A DNA stretch of 64,000 nt. Origin: Longimicrobiales bacterium (GTDB taxonomy: Bacteria; Gemmatimonadota; Gemmatimonadetes; Longimicrobiales; Gaopeijiaceae). The translations under genes and the position numbers were made by a program. The stretch covers positions 448,001 to 512,000 of the forward strand of contig JAWLHJ010000005.1 in the NCBI GenBank assembly GCA_041690395.1, given 5' to 3'. The notes under the pieces are model-generated. The model was not told the origin of the DNA, searched no databases, and saw nothing but the letters and a program-made list of their open reading frames with translations. This document shows positions 1 through 9,802 of the stretch, piece after piece; within the stretch, counting starts at the first letter, position 1, and each line of letters opens with the position of its first letter.

Positions 1-1238
1 TGATGCTCCTCCTCGCGGCTTCGCTGTCCCGCGGCCACTCCGGCGCGCGCCCCGGCCTCGCCCAGGCGCTCGTCGACCTGCTCGAGGCCGGCATCACGCC
101 GGTGGTGCCGGAGACGGGGTCGGTGGGCGCTTCCGGCGATCTGGCTCCGCTCGCGCACGCTTCGTTGGCCCTCATCGGCGAGGGCCGGGTCGACTTCGAC
201 GGGGAGCGTATGGACGCGGCCGACGCGCTCGCCCGCGCCGGCCTGCGTCCGGTGGAGCTGACCGCCAAGGAGGGGCTGGCGCTCATCAACGGCACGCACC
301 TGATGGCGGCCCGGGCGGCTCTGCTGCTCCACGACATCGACCATCTCCTCGGCGCGTGCGTGACCGCATGCGCGATGTCGATCGACGCGTGTCGGGCGTC
401 GCACGTGTTCCTCGACCCCAGGGTGCACGAGGTGCGCAGGCAGAGGGGGCAGATCCGGGTCGCGGCGGCGCTCCGGGACCTCCTCTTCGGGAGCGAGATC
501 CGGGACTCCCATCGTACGGACGATCCGCGGGTTCAGGATCCGTATTCGCTGCGGTGCGCCCCGCAGGTGCTGGGGGCCGCGCTCGACGCGATCGGCGGGG
601 TCCGTCGGGCCGTGGTCCTCGAGCTGGACGCGGTCACCGACAACCCGCTCGTCTTCGAGGGGACGGACGGTCGTGACGTCGATGTCCTCTCGGCCGGCAA
701 CTTCCACGGGATGCCTCTCGCGATTCCGCTCGATGCGCTCGCGGTCGCGATCGCGCACGTGGCCGGCATCAGCGAGCGGCGCATCTACCTCATGCTGGCG
801 GCCCAGGACCCGGAGGCCCACCTCACGGCGTATCTGAGCCCGAAGCCCGGGCTCCACTCCGGGTACATGATCGCGCAGTACACGGCCGCCGCCTGTTGCA
901 ACGAGATCATTCAGCTCGCGGGGCCGGCCAGCGTGGCGAACATCCCGACGAGCGCCGGCATGGAGGACTACAACTCCTTCGGTCCGGCGTCCGCGAAGAA
1001 GGCGCGTCGCGCGCTCGACCTCGCGGAGAGCGTCGTGGCCATCGAGCTGATGTGCGCGACGCAGGCGCTCGAGGCACACCGTCCGCTGAAGTCCGGGGCG
1101 GGTGTGGAGGCGGCCCGGGCCGCGGTGCGTAGCGTGGTCGAGCCGCTCCTGGCCGACCGGTCGCCGTCGCCCGACATCGCGGCCGTGACCGAGCTCATCC
1201 GCGCAGGCACGTTCACCCCGATTCCCATCGAGCCATGA
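1..1238 (+). CDS. hutH: Histidine ammonia-lyase (5' end outside window)
   Basis: MIO-forming [31 protein letters not shown] and GNFHG motifs; first gene of a hut cluster; shorter than a full HutH because it is cut by the window edge. Confidence 0.95.
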   Translation, partial: MLLLAASLSRGHSGARPGLAQALVDLLEAGITPVVPETGSVGASGDLAPLAHASLALIGEGRVDFDGERMDAADALARAGLRPVELTAKEGLALINGTHLMAARAALLLHDIDHLLGACVTACAMSIDACRASHVFLDPRVHEVRRQRGQIRVAAALRDLLFGSEIRDSHRTDDPRVQDPYSLRCAPQVLGAALDAIGGVRRAVVLELDAVTDNPLVFEGTDGRDVDVLSAGNFHGMPLAIPLDALAVAIAHVAGISERRIYLMLAAQDPEAHLTAYLSPKPGLHSGYMIAQYTAAACCNEIIQLAGPASVANIPTSAGMEDYNSFGPASAKKARRALDLAESVVAIELMCATQALEAHRPLKSGAGVEAARAAVRSVVEPLLADRSPSPDIAAVTELIRAGTFTPIPIEP

Positions 1239-2974
1239 GCGAAGGTTCCCGCACCGTGCGCGCGCCGCGCGGCCCCGAGCGCGTCTGCTCCACGTGGCAG
1301 GCCGAGGCCGCCATGCGGATGCTGATGAACAATCTAGACCCCGAGGTCGCGGAGATCCCCGAAAAGCTGGTCGTGTACGGGGGACGCGGACAGGCCGCGA
1401 GGAACTGGGCCTGCTTCGACGCCATCGTCCGGACGCTCCGGCGCCTCGAGCCCGACGAGACACTGCTCGTCCAGTCGGGCAAGCCGGTGGGTGTCGTCCG
1501 CACCCACGCCGACGCCCCGCGCGTGCTCATCGCGAACAGCAATCTCGTGCCGCACTGGGCGACCCAGGAGCACTTCGACGAGCTGTGCGCCCGGGGACTC
1601 ATGATGTACGGCCAGATGACCGCCGGCTCCTGGATCTACATCGGGACGCAGGGCATCCTGCAGGGCACCTTCGAGACGTTCGCGGAGTGCGCCCGCCAGC
1701 ACTTCGGGGGATCGCTGGCGGGTACGCTGAGCGTGACGGCGGGATGCGGCGGCATGGGCGGCGCCCAGCCGCTCTCTGTGACGATGAACGGGGGCGTCTG
1801 CCTCATCGCGGACGTGGACCCGGGGCGGCTCGACCGGCGCGTGCGTGAGCGGTATCTGCACGAGGTCGTGGACGGGGTGGGGACCGCCGCGATCGACGCG
1901 GCGATCGACCGGGCCCTCGAGTGCAAGGCGGCGCGGGAGGCGCGCTCCATCGGGGTCTGCTGCAACGCCACCGAGCTGCTCGCGCGGCTTCTCGAGCGCG
2001 ACGTCGTCCCCGACATCCTGACCGACCAGACGTCGGCGCACGACCCGAGGAGCTACGTCCCGGACGGATTGACGCTCGAGGCGGCGGCCAGGCTGCTCAC
2101 CGACGATCCCCGGGGGTACGAGACGAGGGCCCGGGACACCATGCGCCGCCACGTGGAGCTCATGGTCCGTCTCCAGGGGCGCGGGGCGGTCACCTTCGAT
2201 TACGGCAACAACATCCGCCAGGTCGCGCTCGAGGAGGGCTTCGCCGACGCGTTCGCCTTTCCTGGCTTCGTGCCGGCGTACATCCGGCCGCAATTCTGCG
2301 TGGGACGCGGACCGTTCCGGTGGGTGGCGCTCTCCGGCGATCCGACGGACATCTACCGCACGGACCTGGAGCTGCTCCGCCGCTTTCCGGCCGATGCGGG
2401 TGGGTACAACGAGCGGCTCCACCGCTGGATCCTGAGCTGTCACGCCCGGCCCGAGGCGCTCCTGGCCGGGGACTTCGAGGCGTGCGAGCCGGCCTTCGCG
2501 TTCCAGGGACTCCCGGCGCGAATCTGCTGGTTCGGCCTCGGCGAGCGCCACCGCGCGGGGCTGCTGTTCAACGACATGGTGGCGTCCGGGGAGCTCCGGG
2601 CGCCGATCGTGATCGGGCGCGACCACCTCGATTGCGGCTCCGTCGCGTCGCCCAACCGTGAGACCGAGGGGATGAAGGACGGCACCGACGCCGTGAGCGA
2701 CTGGGCGCTCCTCAACGCCATGGTCAACGTGGCCAGCGGTGCGAGCTGGGTGAGCTTCCACCACGGCGGTGGGGTGGGCATCGGATACTCGCAGCACGCG
2801 GGCCAGGTCGTGGTCGCGGACGGGACGCCCGAAGCCGCACGCCGTCTCGAGCGTGTGCTGACGAACGATCCGACCACGGGTGTGTTCCGCCACGTCGACG
2901 CGGGCTATGAGGAGGCGGTCGCCTGCGCGAGGGAGCGGGGCGTGGACGTGCCCATGGGGGGCGACTCCACGTGA
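1235..2974 (+). CDS. hutU: Urocanate hydratase
   Basis: [59 protein letters not shown] motifs; ATGA overlap with hutH. Confidence 0.97.
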   Translation: MSEGSRTVRAPRGPERVCSTWQAEAAMRMLMNNLDPEVAEIPEKLVVYGGRGQAARNWACFDAIVRTLRRLEPDETLLVQSGKPVGVVRTHADAPRVLIANSNLVPHWATQEHFDELCARGLMMYGQMTAGSWIYIGTQGILQGTFETFAECARQHFGGSLAGTLSVTAGCGGMGGAQPLSVTMNGGVCLIADVDPGRLDRRVRERYLHEVVDGVGTAAIDAAIDRALECKAAREARSIGVCCNATELLARLLERDVVPDILTDQTSAHDPRSYVPDGLTLEAAARLLTDDPRGYETRARDTMRRHVELMVRLQGRGAVTFDYGNNIRQVALEEGFADAFAFPGFVPAYIRPQFCVGRGPFRWVALSGDPTDIYRTDLELLRRFPADAGGYNERLHRWILSCHARPEALLAGDFEACEPAFAFQGLPARICWFGLGERHRAGLLFNDMVASGELRAPIVIGRDHLDCGSVASPNRETEGMKDGTDAVSDWALLNAMVNVASGASWVSFHHGGGVGIGYSQHAGQVVVADGTPEAARRLERVLTNDPTTGVFRHVDAGYEEAVACARERGVDVPMGGDST

Positions 2975-3954
2975 GCGCGATCCCCCACACCGTTGCCGGA
3001 GTCTGGCCGCCGCTCAGCGACAGGCGCTTCGCGTCGAGGATCGAGCGGGACGTCGAGGCGTTCCTCGCGGGGCGAGGTCACGGAGCGGTGTCCTCGCTCG
3101 CCGTCATGGGACTCCCCGACGACACCGGGGTCGCGCTGAACCACGGACGGGTGGGCGCCGCGGCCGGGCCGGGTGCGTTCCGGGCCGCGCTGGCGCGCTA
3201 CGGTGGAAGCTACGATCTGGAACGCGGTGCGGAGACGACGGTGCCCGTGGTCGACGCCGGAGACGTCCTGCCGGTGCACGGCGAGGGGGAGGAGGCGCTG
3301 CTCGAGACGCACGAACGGGTCCGGGAGGCCGCGGCCGCGCTCTATGCGGCGGGGCTGACGCCGGTCTTCATCGGCGGCGGGCACGACCTGACGCTGCCGA
3401 CCGTCCGCGCGTTCGCCGAGGCGTCGGGTGGGCCGGTGGGCGGCATCAACGTCGACGCGCACCTCGACGTCCGGGAGCGCGTGGGTTCGGGCATGGCGTT
3501 TCGTCGTCTGTTGGACGAAGGGCGAATCGATGCACGGCGGTTCGTGACGTTCGGAGCCGCTCGCTTCGTCCACGAGGCCGAGCACGTGCGATGGCTGGAG
3601 GGCCTCGGAGCGACCCTGGTCGGTATGGAGCGGGCGCTCGCCGGCGAGGAGGAGATCGCCCGGGCGTTCGAGCTGGCCACGGGACGCGGAGACGAGGCGC
3701 CGCGATGCTTCGTGACGCTCGATCTCGACGCGATCGACGTGACGCACGCCCCCGGGGTGAGCGCCACGAACCCGGCCGGGCTCGACGTCCGGACCGTCAC
3801 GGCGATCGCCGAGCGTGCCGGACGCTCGCCGGCCGTGGGACACTTCGATCTGATGGAGCTGAGCCCTCCGCACGACACGGACGGACGGACCGCGCGCCTC
3901 GCCGCTCTACTGTTCCTGCACTTCGTGGCCGGCTTCGCCGAGCGGCCGGCGTGA
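2971..3954 (+). CDS. hutG: Formimidoylglutamase (arginase/ureohydrolase family)
   Basis: [20 protein letters not shown] and APGVSA motifs; GTGA overlap inside the hut operon. Confidence 0.88.
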   Translation: MSAIPHTVAGVWPPLSDRRFASRIERDVEAFLAGRGHGAVSSLAVMGLPDDTGVALNHGRVGAAAGPGAFRAALARYGGSYDLERGAETTVPVVDAGDVLPVHGEGEEALLETHERVREAAAALYAAGLTPVFIGGGHDLTLPTVRAFAEASGGPVGGINVDAHLDVRERVGSGMAFRRLLDEGRIDARRFVTFGAARFVHEAEHVRWLEGLGATLVGMERALAGEEEIARAFELATGRGDEAPRCFVTLDLDAIDVTHAPGVSATNPAGLDVRTVTAIAERAGRSPAVGHFDLMELSPPHDTDGRTARLAALLFLHFVAGFAERPA

Positions 3955-5180
3955 GCGGAGGCGGAGCCGCACCCCTGTTCGTTCGGGACGCCCGCGTGGT
4001 CACCCTCACGGAGCGGGGGACGCTGGAGCGCGCGTCGGTGCTCGTGCGGGGCGACCGGATCGTGTCGGTCGGCCCTGACCTGACCGCGCCCGCCGACGCG
4101 CGGGTGATCGAGGCGGGCGGGCGCGTGCTGCTCCCCGGCTTCGTCGACGCCCACACGCACGCGTTGTGGGCCGGCGACCGACTGGACGAGTTCGAGGCGC
4201 AGCTCGCGGGCGCATCGTACCTGGACGTGCTCGAGGCGGGTGGCGGCATCATGTCGACGGTGCGCGCGGTCCGCGGCGCCTCGAGAGCCGAGCTCACGGG
4301 TCTTCTCGAGGGGAGACTGGCTCGTATGCTGCGGGCTGGCACCACGACGGTCGAGGTGAAGTCCGGCTACGGCCTGTCTACCGAGCACGAGCTCGAGTCA
4401 CTCGCCGCGATCGGCGACGCGGCTTCGCGCTTCCCTGGCTCCGTCGTCCGCACGGCGCTCCTGGGGCACGCGCTCGATCCCGACGTGGCCGCCTTCGTGG
4501 ACCGCACCATCGAGGAGACGCTGCCCGCCGTGAGTGAGGCGTTCCCGGGCGTGACGGTGGACGCGTACTGCGAGCGCTCGGCGTGGTCGCTCGAGGCGTG
4601 TGTCCGGCTCTTCGAGGCGGCCGTGGCCCGGGGCCATCCGTACCGGGTACACGCCGACCAGTTCAACCCCCTCGGCATGACCGAATGGGCCGCCGCTCAC
4701 GGGGCCCTCAGCGTCGACCATCTCGAGGCGAGCACGTCGGAGGGGCTGGAGCGGCTCGCCCGGTCGGACACGTACGCCGTCATGCTCCCCGCGTGTGGAC
4801 TACACCTGGACGACCGGTACGCGAACGGGCGGGGCTTCGTGGACGCCGCGGGCGGCGCGGACCGGCTGGTGATCGCCACGAACTACAACCCCGGGTCGGC
4901 GCCTACCTTCTCGATGCCGTTGATCGTCGCGCTCGCGGTCCGGAAGCTGGGCCTGACGGTGGACGAGGCGCTCCGTGCCTGCACCGTGAACGCCGCGAGG
5001 CTGCTCGGATTCGACGACCGTGGGACCGTCGAGGCGGGAATGCGCGCGGATATGCTACTCACGAGCGCACGGGACGAGCGAATACTCGCCTACGAGATGG
5101 GGGGCGATCCCGTGGAGGTCGTGGTGTGCGGCGGGCGCGTGGTGCGGGGGGCGGAGCCGCGCGGGCCCGTCAGCGGGTGA
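3951..5180 (+). CDS. hutI: Imidazolonepropionase
   Basis: LPGFVDAHTH, GGGIMSTV, GTTTVEVKSGYGL, HADQ, SVDHLE, NPGS motifs; GTG at 3951 overlaps the hutG stop (the ORF-track start at 2880 is spurious). Confidence 0.93.
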   Translation: MSGGGAAPLFVRDARVVTLTERGTLERASVLVRGDRIVSVGPDLTAPADARVIEAGGRVLLPGFVDAHTHALWAGDRLDEFEAQLAGASYLDVLEAGGGIMSTVRAVRGASRAELTGLLEGRLARMLRAGTTTVEVKSGYGLSTEHELESLAAIGDAASRFPGSVVRTALLGHALDPDVAAFVDRTIEETLPAVSEAFPGVTVDAYCERSAWSLEACVRLFEAAVARGHPYRVHADQFNPLGMTEWAAAHGALSVDHLEASTSEGLERLARSDTYAVMLPACGLHLDDRYANGRGFVDAAGGADRLVIATNYNPGSAPTFSMPLIVALAVRKLGLTVDEALRACTVNAARLLGFDDRGTVEAGMRADMLLTSARDERILAYEMGGDPVEVVVCGGRVVRGAEPRGPVSG

Positions 5181-5433
5181 CTTCCCTGCGCTCCTGAAGC
5201 ACTTCCGCCAGGGTCTCGACGCGATCCTGGATGGCGTCTCGCAGGGCGTCGAGGGAGAGGGACTTGCCGCCGACCTTCACCGTCTCCTGCTCGAGCTCTT
5301 CCTTGCGGGCCTTGGCCAGCTTTTCGCGCGCCGTTTCGGCCTTCCCAAGCGCGAAGAGCGCCTTCTGCATCCAGCGGGACTCGCTCTGCACGAGACGACG
5401 TTCTTTCCTGAGCTGGCGCTTGTCCTTGGCCAC
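5170..5433 (-). CDS. Small basic coiled-coil hypothetical protein (87 aa)
   Basis: GTG start with GGGAGG SD, near-consensus promoter upstream, K/R/E-rich helical sequence; overlaps the 3' end of hutI by 11 bp. Confidence 0.75.
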   Translation of the reverse strand: MAKDKRQLRKERRLVQSESRWMQKALFALGKAETAREKLAKARKEELEQETVKVGGKSLSLDALRDAIQDRVETLAEVLQERREVTR

Positions 5434-5470
5434 GTATACCTCCCAAACTAGAAACCCGTAATCGTAAACT

Positions 5471-5499
5471 ATTATATGTCAACAGGTTAAATCGATCAA
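5471..5499 (-). promoter_or_regulatory. Sigma70-type promoter TTGATC-N17-TATAAT with overlapping IHF-like site
   Basis: Minus strand reads ttgatc gatttaacctgttgaca tataat; plus-strand TGTCAACAGGTTA (5477-5489) is one mismatch from the IHF consensus WATCAANNNNTTR. Confidence 0.65.
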
Positions 5500-5620
5500 G
5501 GCGCGGCCGGAGCCCGGCGTGGCGCCCGAGCGGCCTCGCACGACCCGCTCCGATGGTACCCGGAGCCCCTTCCGGTGTATCTTTTGGCCGTAGTCCGTTC
5601 CAGTGCATCCGGAGATGATC

Positions 5621-6355
5621 GTGACCCCTCTTTGCAACCGACGCGCCGCGGGACTCGCTTCCGTCGCCGCGCTGCTATCCGTCGCCGCGTGCGGGGGATC
5701 GTCCGCCCCTGCGTCCGCCCCCGCTCCTGCCGCCGAGTCCGGCCCGCTGGTCGTGCAGGCCGGCGCCCCCGGCGAGGCGACCCGGGGCTACGAGGGCGGC
5801 TCGCTGAGCGACCTCCAGGGCGCGGCCCACACCGAGGCCGACGTGGCCTTCATGCAGGGCATGATCCACCATCACGCCCAGGCGCTGGAGATGACGGCGC
5901 TGATCTCCGACCGCACCACGAACCCGGCCATCCGCCAGATGGGTCTCCGCATGGAGATCTCCCAGGGCGACGAGATCGCCATCATGGAGCGGTGGCTGCG
6001 GGAGCGGGGGCTCGACGTTCCGGAGTGGCGCCCGACGGCGTCGGGCGAGCACGCGGGCCACGCCGGCATGGATCACGCCGCCATGGGCCACGACATGGGC
6101 GAGGGCATGATGCCCGGCATGCTGACCCCCGAGCAGATGGCCCAGCTCGGGGCGGCCGAGGGACCGGCGTTCGACAGGCTCTTCCTCGAGCTCATGATCC
6201 AGCATCACGAGGGGGCCCTCGCGATGGTGCGGGACCTCTACAACTCGCCCGGAGCCGCTCAGGAGTCCATCGTGTACCACTTCGCGAGCGAGGTCGACGC
6301 CGACCAGGACATCGAGATCCGCCGCATGAGGCAGATCCTCGAAACCTTGCGCTGA
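5621..6355 (+). CDS. DUF305-domain lipoprotein (CopM-like helical, His/Met-rich)
   Basis: ADVAFMQGMIHHHAQALEM and FDRLFLELMIQHHEGA half-repeats; lipobox-like LLSVAAC; start uncertain (5615 or 5621). Confidence 0.85.
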   Translation: MTPLCNRRAAGLASVAALLSVAACGGSSAPASAPAPAAESGPLVVQAGAPGEATRGYEGGSLSDLQGAAHTEADVAFMQGMIHHHAQALEMTALISDRTTNPAIRQMGLRMEISQGDEIAIMERWLRERGLDVPEWRPTASGEHAGHAGMDHAAMGHDMGEGMMPGMLTPEQMAQLGAAEGPAFDRLFLELMIQHHEGALAMVRDLYNSPGAAQESIVYHFASEVDADQDIEIRRMRQILETLR

Positions 6356-6417
6356 CACCGGCTCCGATGAGCTTCACCACCATAGACGTACCCACGCGTA
6401 CCCTGGAGATGTTCGAG

Positions 6418-8238
6418 ATGACGAGATCCGCTACGACCCCCCGCCGCCGCCACGGCCTGGCGAGCCTGCTGGTGCGGGCGGCGATGCTGTCCCTTCTGCT
6501 GGTCCTGCCGGTCGCGACCGTCGAGGCCCAGATGCAGTCGGAAGAGCCTCAGATGACCTGGGACCCGAACGATCCTCGGATCGACCTCGCGGCCGGCTGG
6601 ACGGACGCCGAGGAGGCGATCTGGAACCTCCGGCTCCTGACCAGCCTCGAGCGCCCGGAAGGCTTCCTCAACCCCGAAACCCCGGGCGACGGGCGCTTCA
6701 ACAACACGGACGTGGCGTTCAGCGGTGACCGCCTCTTCCAGGGCAACTACAACGGCTTCCAGGTCTACGACATCTCCGATCCCGCGAATCCGCGGCTCGA
6801 AGTCGGCGTCGTCTGCCCGGGTGGTCAGGGCGACGTGTCCGTGTACGGCAACCTCCTGGTCATGTCCGCGCAGGAGAACCGAGGGCGTCTCGACTGCGGC
6901 ATCCAGGGCGTCGAGGAGACGGTGAGCGACGTGCGGCTGCTCGGCGTGCGCATCTTCGACATCTCCGACCTCACGAATCCCCGCCAGGTGGCCGCGGTAC
7001 AGTCCTGCCGCGGATCGCACACGCACACGTTGGTCGAGGACCCGACGGATCCGGACCACGTCTACATCTACATCCAGGGCACGGGCGGCGTCCGTCCTGC
7101 GGAGGAGCTGGCGGGCTGCTCGGGAGCCGATCCCGAGGAGGACGAGAACACCGCGCTCTTCCGCATCGAGGTCGTGCGCGTACCGCTGGCCAACCCGGAG
7201 CTCGCCGAGGTCGTGAACATGCCGCGCATCTTCGCGGACGCCGAGACGGGCGAGATCGCCGGTCTCTGGGGCGGTGGTGACCACGGCCCCGGCACGCAGG
7301 CGTCGCGCCGCACGACTCAGTGCCACGACATCACGGCGTATCCGGAGATCGGACTCGCCGCGGGTGCGTGCGCCGGCAACGGCATCCTTCTCGACATCAC
7401 GGACCCGGTGAACCCGACCCGTGTCGAAGAGGTCATCGACCCGAACTTCGCCTACTGGCACTCCGCGACCTTCAACAACGACGCGACCAAGATCCTCTTC
7501 ACGGACGAGTGGGGCGGTGGTTCCGCTCCGCGCTGCCGGGCGACGGATCCCGATACCTGGGGCGCGAACGCGATCTTCCGCCTCGTGGACGGTCACCTCG
7601 AGCTGGCCGGCTACTACAAGCTTCCCGTGCCGCAGGGCGAGACCGAGAACTGCGTGGCGCACAACGGCTCGATGATCCCGGTGCCGGGCCGTGACATCAT
7701 GGTCCAGGCGTGGTACCAGGGCGGCGTGTCGATCCTCGACTTCACCGACCCGGCGAACGCCTACGAGATCGCCTACTTCGACCGCGGTCCGCTGAGCGAC
7801 ACCGAGCTCTACACCGGCGGTTACTGGTCGACCTACTGGTACAACGGCGCGATCTACGGCGCCGAGATCTCCCGAGGGATCGACGTGTTCGAGCTCACGC
7901 CGAGCGAGCACTTGTCCGAGGCCGAGATCGAGGCCGCGAAGCTCGCCACCCTGGACGAGTTCAACGCGCAGATGCAGCCGCGCTTCACGTGGCCGGCCGC
8001 CGTGCCGGTGGCGCGCGCGTACCTGGAGCAGCTGGTGCGTGAGCGACGCATTCTGGACGAGCGGGCGCAGGAGGTCGAGCGCGTGCTGAACGGCCGCGCA
8101 TCGGCCGACCAGCTCAACGACGTGGCGCTGGCCCTCGAGGCCGACGTCATCCAGATCCGGTCTGCTCAGCTGGGGGGTGACCCCGACAAGCTGGCCGCGT
8201 TGGCCCGGACGCTGCGCGGGCTGGCCGCCCAGCAGTAG
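6418..8238 (+). CDS. Secreted LVIVD-repeat beta-propeller-like protein
   Basis: Signal peptide ending VEA-Q; repeated VYDISDP/IFDISD/LLDITDP/ILDFTDP units; GSHTHT, CHDI, YWHSA, CVAHNG; the usual partner of DUF305. Start could be 6367, 6409 or 6418. Confidence 0.85.
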   Translation: MTRSATTPRRRHGLASLLVRAAMLSLLLVLPVATVEAQMQSEEPQMTWDPNDPRIDLAAGWTDAEEAIWNLRLLTSLERPEGFLNPETPGDGRFNNTDVAFSGDRLFQGNYNGFQVYDISDPANPRLEVGVVCPGGQGDVSVYGNLLVMSAQENRGRLDCGIQGVEETVSDVRLLGVRIFDISDLTNPRQVAAVQSCRGSHTHTLVEDPTDPDHVYIYIQGTGGVRPAEELAGCSGADPEEDENTALFRIEVVRVPLANPELAEVVNMPRIFADAETGEIAGLWGGGDHGPGTQASRRTTQCHDITAYPEIGLAAGACAGNGILLDITDPVNPTRVEEVIDPNFAYWHSATFNNDATKILFTDEWGGGSAPRCRATDPDTWGANAIFRLVDGHLELAGYYKLPVPQGETENCVAHNGSMIPVPGRDIMVQAWYQGGVSILDFTDPANAYEIAYFDRGPLSDTELYTGGYWSTYWYNGAIYGAEISRGIDVFELTPSEHLSEAEIEAAKLATLDEFNAQMQPRFTWPAAVPVARAYLEQLVRERRILDERAQEVERVLNGRASADQLNDVALALEADVIQIRSAQLGGDPDKLAALARTLRGLAAQQ

Positions 8239-8246
8239 ACGACGGT

Positions 8247-8318
8247 CGGCGCGGCGAACGCCGCGCCGGATTGAAGCACGACGAGGGGGCGCACCGGGTG
8301 GTGTGCCCCCTCCGTCGT
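8247..8318 (+). terminator. Two GC-rich hairpins after the LVIVD gene (probable terminator)
   Basis: cggcgcggcg-aa-cgccgcgccg (8247-8268) and acgacgagggggcgcacc-gggt-ggtgtgccccctccgtcgt (8278-8318); no strong U-tract. Confidence 0.5.
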
Positions 8319-8368
8319 TCCAAGCGGCTCCGTGCAGTGCGGCCGGCTCGGTGCGTCTCGATCTCTTT

Positions 8369-8537
8369 TTCGCCTCCTCGAAAGTCGTTCGACTCTCGAA
8401 CGATCGCTCACGCCGTGTCATGATCACGCAGGCTTCGACAGGCCTGCTGTGGCACGGGGATTCGCCCGGGTGTCACCACCGGAGCTCTGCTCGATGTCGT
8501 TCGACTTTCGAACGACTTTCGAGGCTCTTGCGGAAGG
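8369..8537. repeat. Copy 1 of a ~170-bp element with palindromic ends (MITE/REPIN-like)
   Basis: GTCGTTCGA-CTY-TCGAACGAY hairpins at 8384 and 8496; ends match the copy at 27897-28065. Confidence 0.85.
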
Positions 8538-8592
8538 GCTCGCGCCCTGGATCTTGCTTGCGGTAGATCACTCGGGACCGGTACGATCAAGG

Positions 8593-9339
8593 ATGGTCAG
8601 GGTGACGAAGGCCGCGCTCCTCGCGGGCGTGGCGATCTGGGGCTGGGGCGGCGAGCTCTCTGCGCAGACGACCGGCTCACTCATCGGCGTGGTGGTCGAC
8701 GACGTGACGCTGGCTCCCATCGAGGGCGCGGACGTGTCGCTCGGCGACTTCTCCGACCGAACCCGTACCGACGAGAGCGGCGAGTTCACGCTCGAGGGCG
8801 TTCCGGCCGGGACCGCCTACCTGCGCATCGAGCGTGAGGGGTACGTCACTTCGGTCGAGAGCCTGGAGGTGCATCCCCTGGAGACGTCGCTCCTCCAGTT
8901 CCGGATGCAGCGGCTCGGGGCGGTGCTCGGACGGCTGTTCGTCGGCGTCGACGACGGGCGCAGCCGCGGCCATACGGAGTCGTCGCTGGTTGCCGACGAC
9001 GGGATGAGCACGGCCAGCGACATCCTGATGCGGAGAGTGCCGGGGCTCTCCGTGTCGCGGGTGACCGGAGGCGCGGGATCGGGCCTGTCGGTACGGTTGC
9101 GGGGCGTGAGCACCATCGAGCTCACGACGCAGCCGGCCATCTACCTCGACGGAGTCCGCATCGACGGCGGCGGGACCGGGGAGGCGATGAAGGCGCTCGA
9201 CCAGATCCCGGCGGCCGCGGTGAGGCGCATTCGCATCCTCCGGGGACCCGCCTCGACGTCACGCTACCCGGACGGCGCCTCGGGCGTGATCCTGATCGAG
9301 ACGGTGGAGTCCGGTCAGTCGAACCCCGGCGGTCCCTGA
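8593..9339 (+). CDS. Carboxypeptidase-regulatory-like domain + TonB-dependent receptor plug domain protein, no beta-barrel
   Basis: Signal peptide (LSA-Q); GVVVDDVTLAPIEGADV...TDESGEF; plug motifs VPGL, VRLRG, PAIYLDGVRI, IRILRGPAS...YP...GVILIET followed directly by a stop. Confidence 0.8.
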   Translation: MVRVTKAALLAGVAIWGWGGELSAQTTGSLIGVVVDDVTLAPIEGADVSLGDFSDRTRTDESGEFTLEGVPAGTAYLRIEREGYVTSVESLEVHPLETSLLQFRMQRLGAVLGRLFVGVDDGRSRGHTESSLVADDGMSTASDILMRRVPGLSVSRVTGGAGSGLSVRLRGVSTIELTTQPAIYLDGVRIDGGGTGEAMKALDQIPAAAVRRIRILRGPASTSRYPDGASGVILIETVESGQSNPGGP

Positions 9340-9791
9340 CGCTCTTCGACGCGCTTCCGGGCCTCCGCGAGGTACCCCGGCTTGATGTGGAGGAGGTGCG
9401 AGATCTTGCGCATGAGGTAGTGCTCCTTCTCGAGGAGCTCCCCGTCCGAGTACACGAGTCCCCACATGATCTCGGCGAGCAGCGTCTTCTGCGCGAGCGA
9501 GTAGTGCCGGTCGATCAGGCTCGTGAACTGCCAGAAGTCGACGGCCTGACGCCGCTCCGCTTCGGCGAGGCGGAGGAGCTCCTCCGCCTGGTCCGGATCG
9601 ACGCCGAAGTGGCGCCGGACCGCGGCCTCGACGTGCTCCCGTTCCTCCTCGGAAAACTCGTCGTCGGCGTGGGCGAGCTCGAGCAGGAGCGCGCATGCCG
9701 CCAGCTTGAGGTCCGGGGGCGGGCCGCCGGCATCGACTGGCTCCTCGGGATCCATGGAGCGTCGGAAGAAGCGTGTGATGGCGTCGAGCAT
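9315..9791 (-). CDS. TerB family tellurite-resistance-like protein
   Basis: LAACALLLELAHADDEFSEEE...DFWQFTSLI...VYSDGEL..KEHYLMRKISHLL; AGGAG SD; 11 bp downstream of permease A. Confidence 0.85.
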   Translation of the reverse strand: MLDAITRFFRRSMDPEEPVDAGGPPPDLKLAACALLLELAHADDEFSEEEREHVEAAVRRHFGVDPDQAEELLRLAEAERRQAVDFWQFTSLIDRHYSLAQKTLLAEIMWGLVYSDGELLEKEHYLMRKISHLLHIKPGYLAEARKRVEERQGPPGFD

Positions 9792-9802
9792 GGTGTCTCC
9801 TG

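Noticed and set aside
2880..3950. Long N-terminal extensions in the ORF track (hutI, LVIVD, permeases A and D, M16 subunit)
   Set aside because: Low-complexity Arg/Gly/Pro-rich translations overlapping real upstream genes; better starts with an SD or stop/start overlap lie downstream.
5457..5484. dif (XerCD) site
   Set aside because: ATATGTCAACA matches the E. coli XerD arm at only 7/11 and the XerC arm is poor; a promoter plus IHF-like site explains the sequence better.
8369..8537. Integron attC site or LexA box for the palindromic element
   Set aside because: No RYYYAAC...GTTRRRY ends and no integrase; the CGAAC/GTTCG spacing does not fit GAAC-N4-GTTC.
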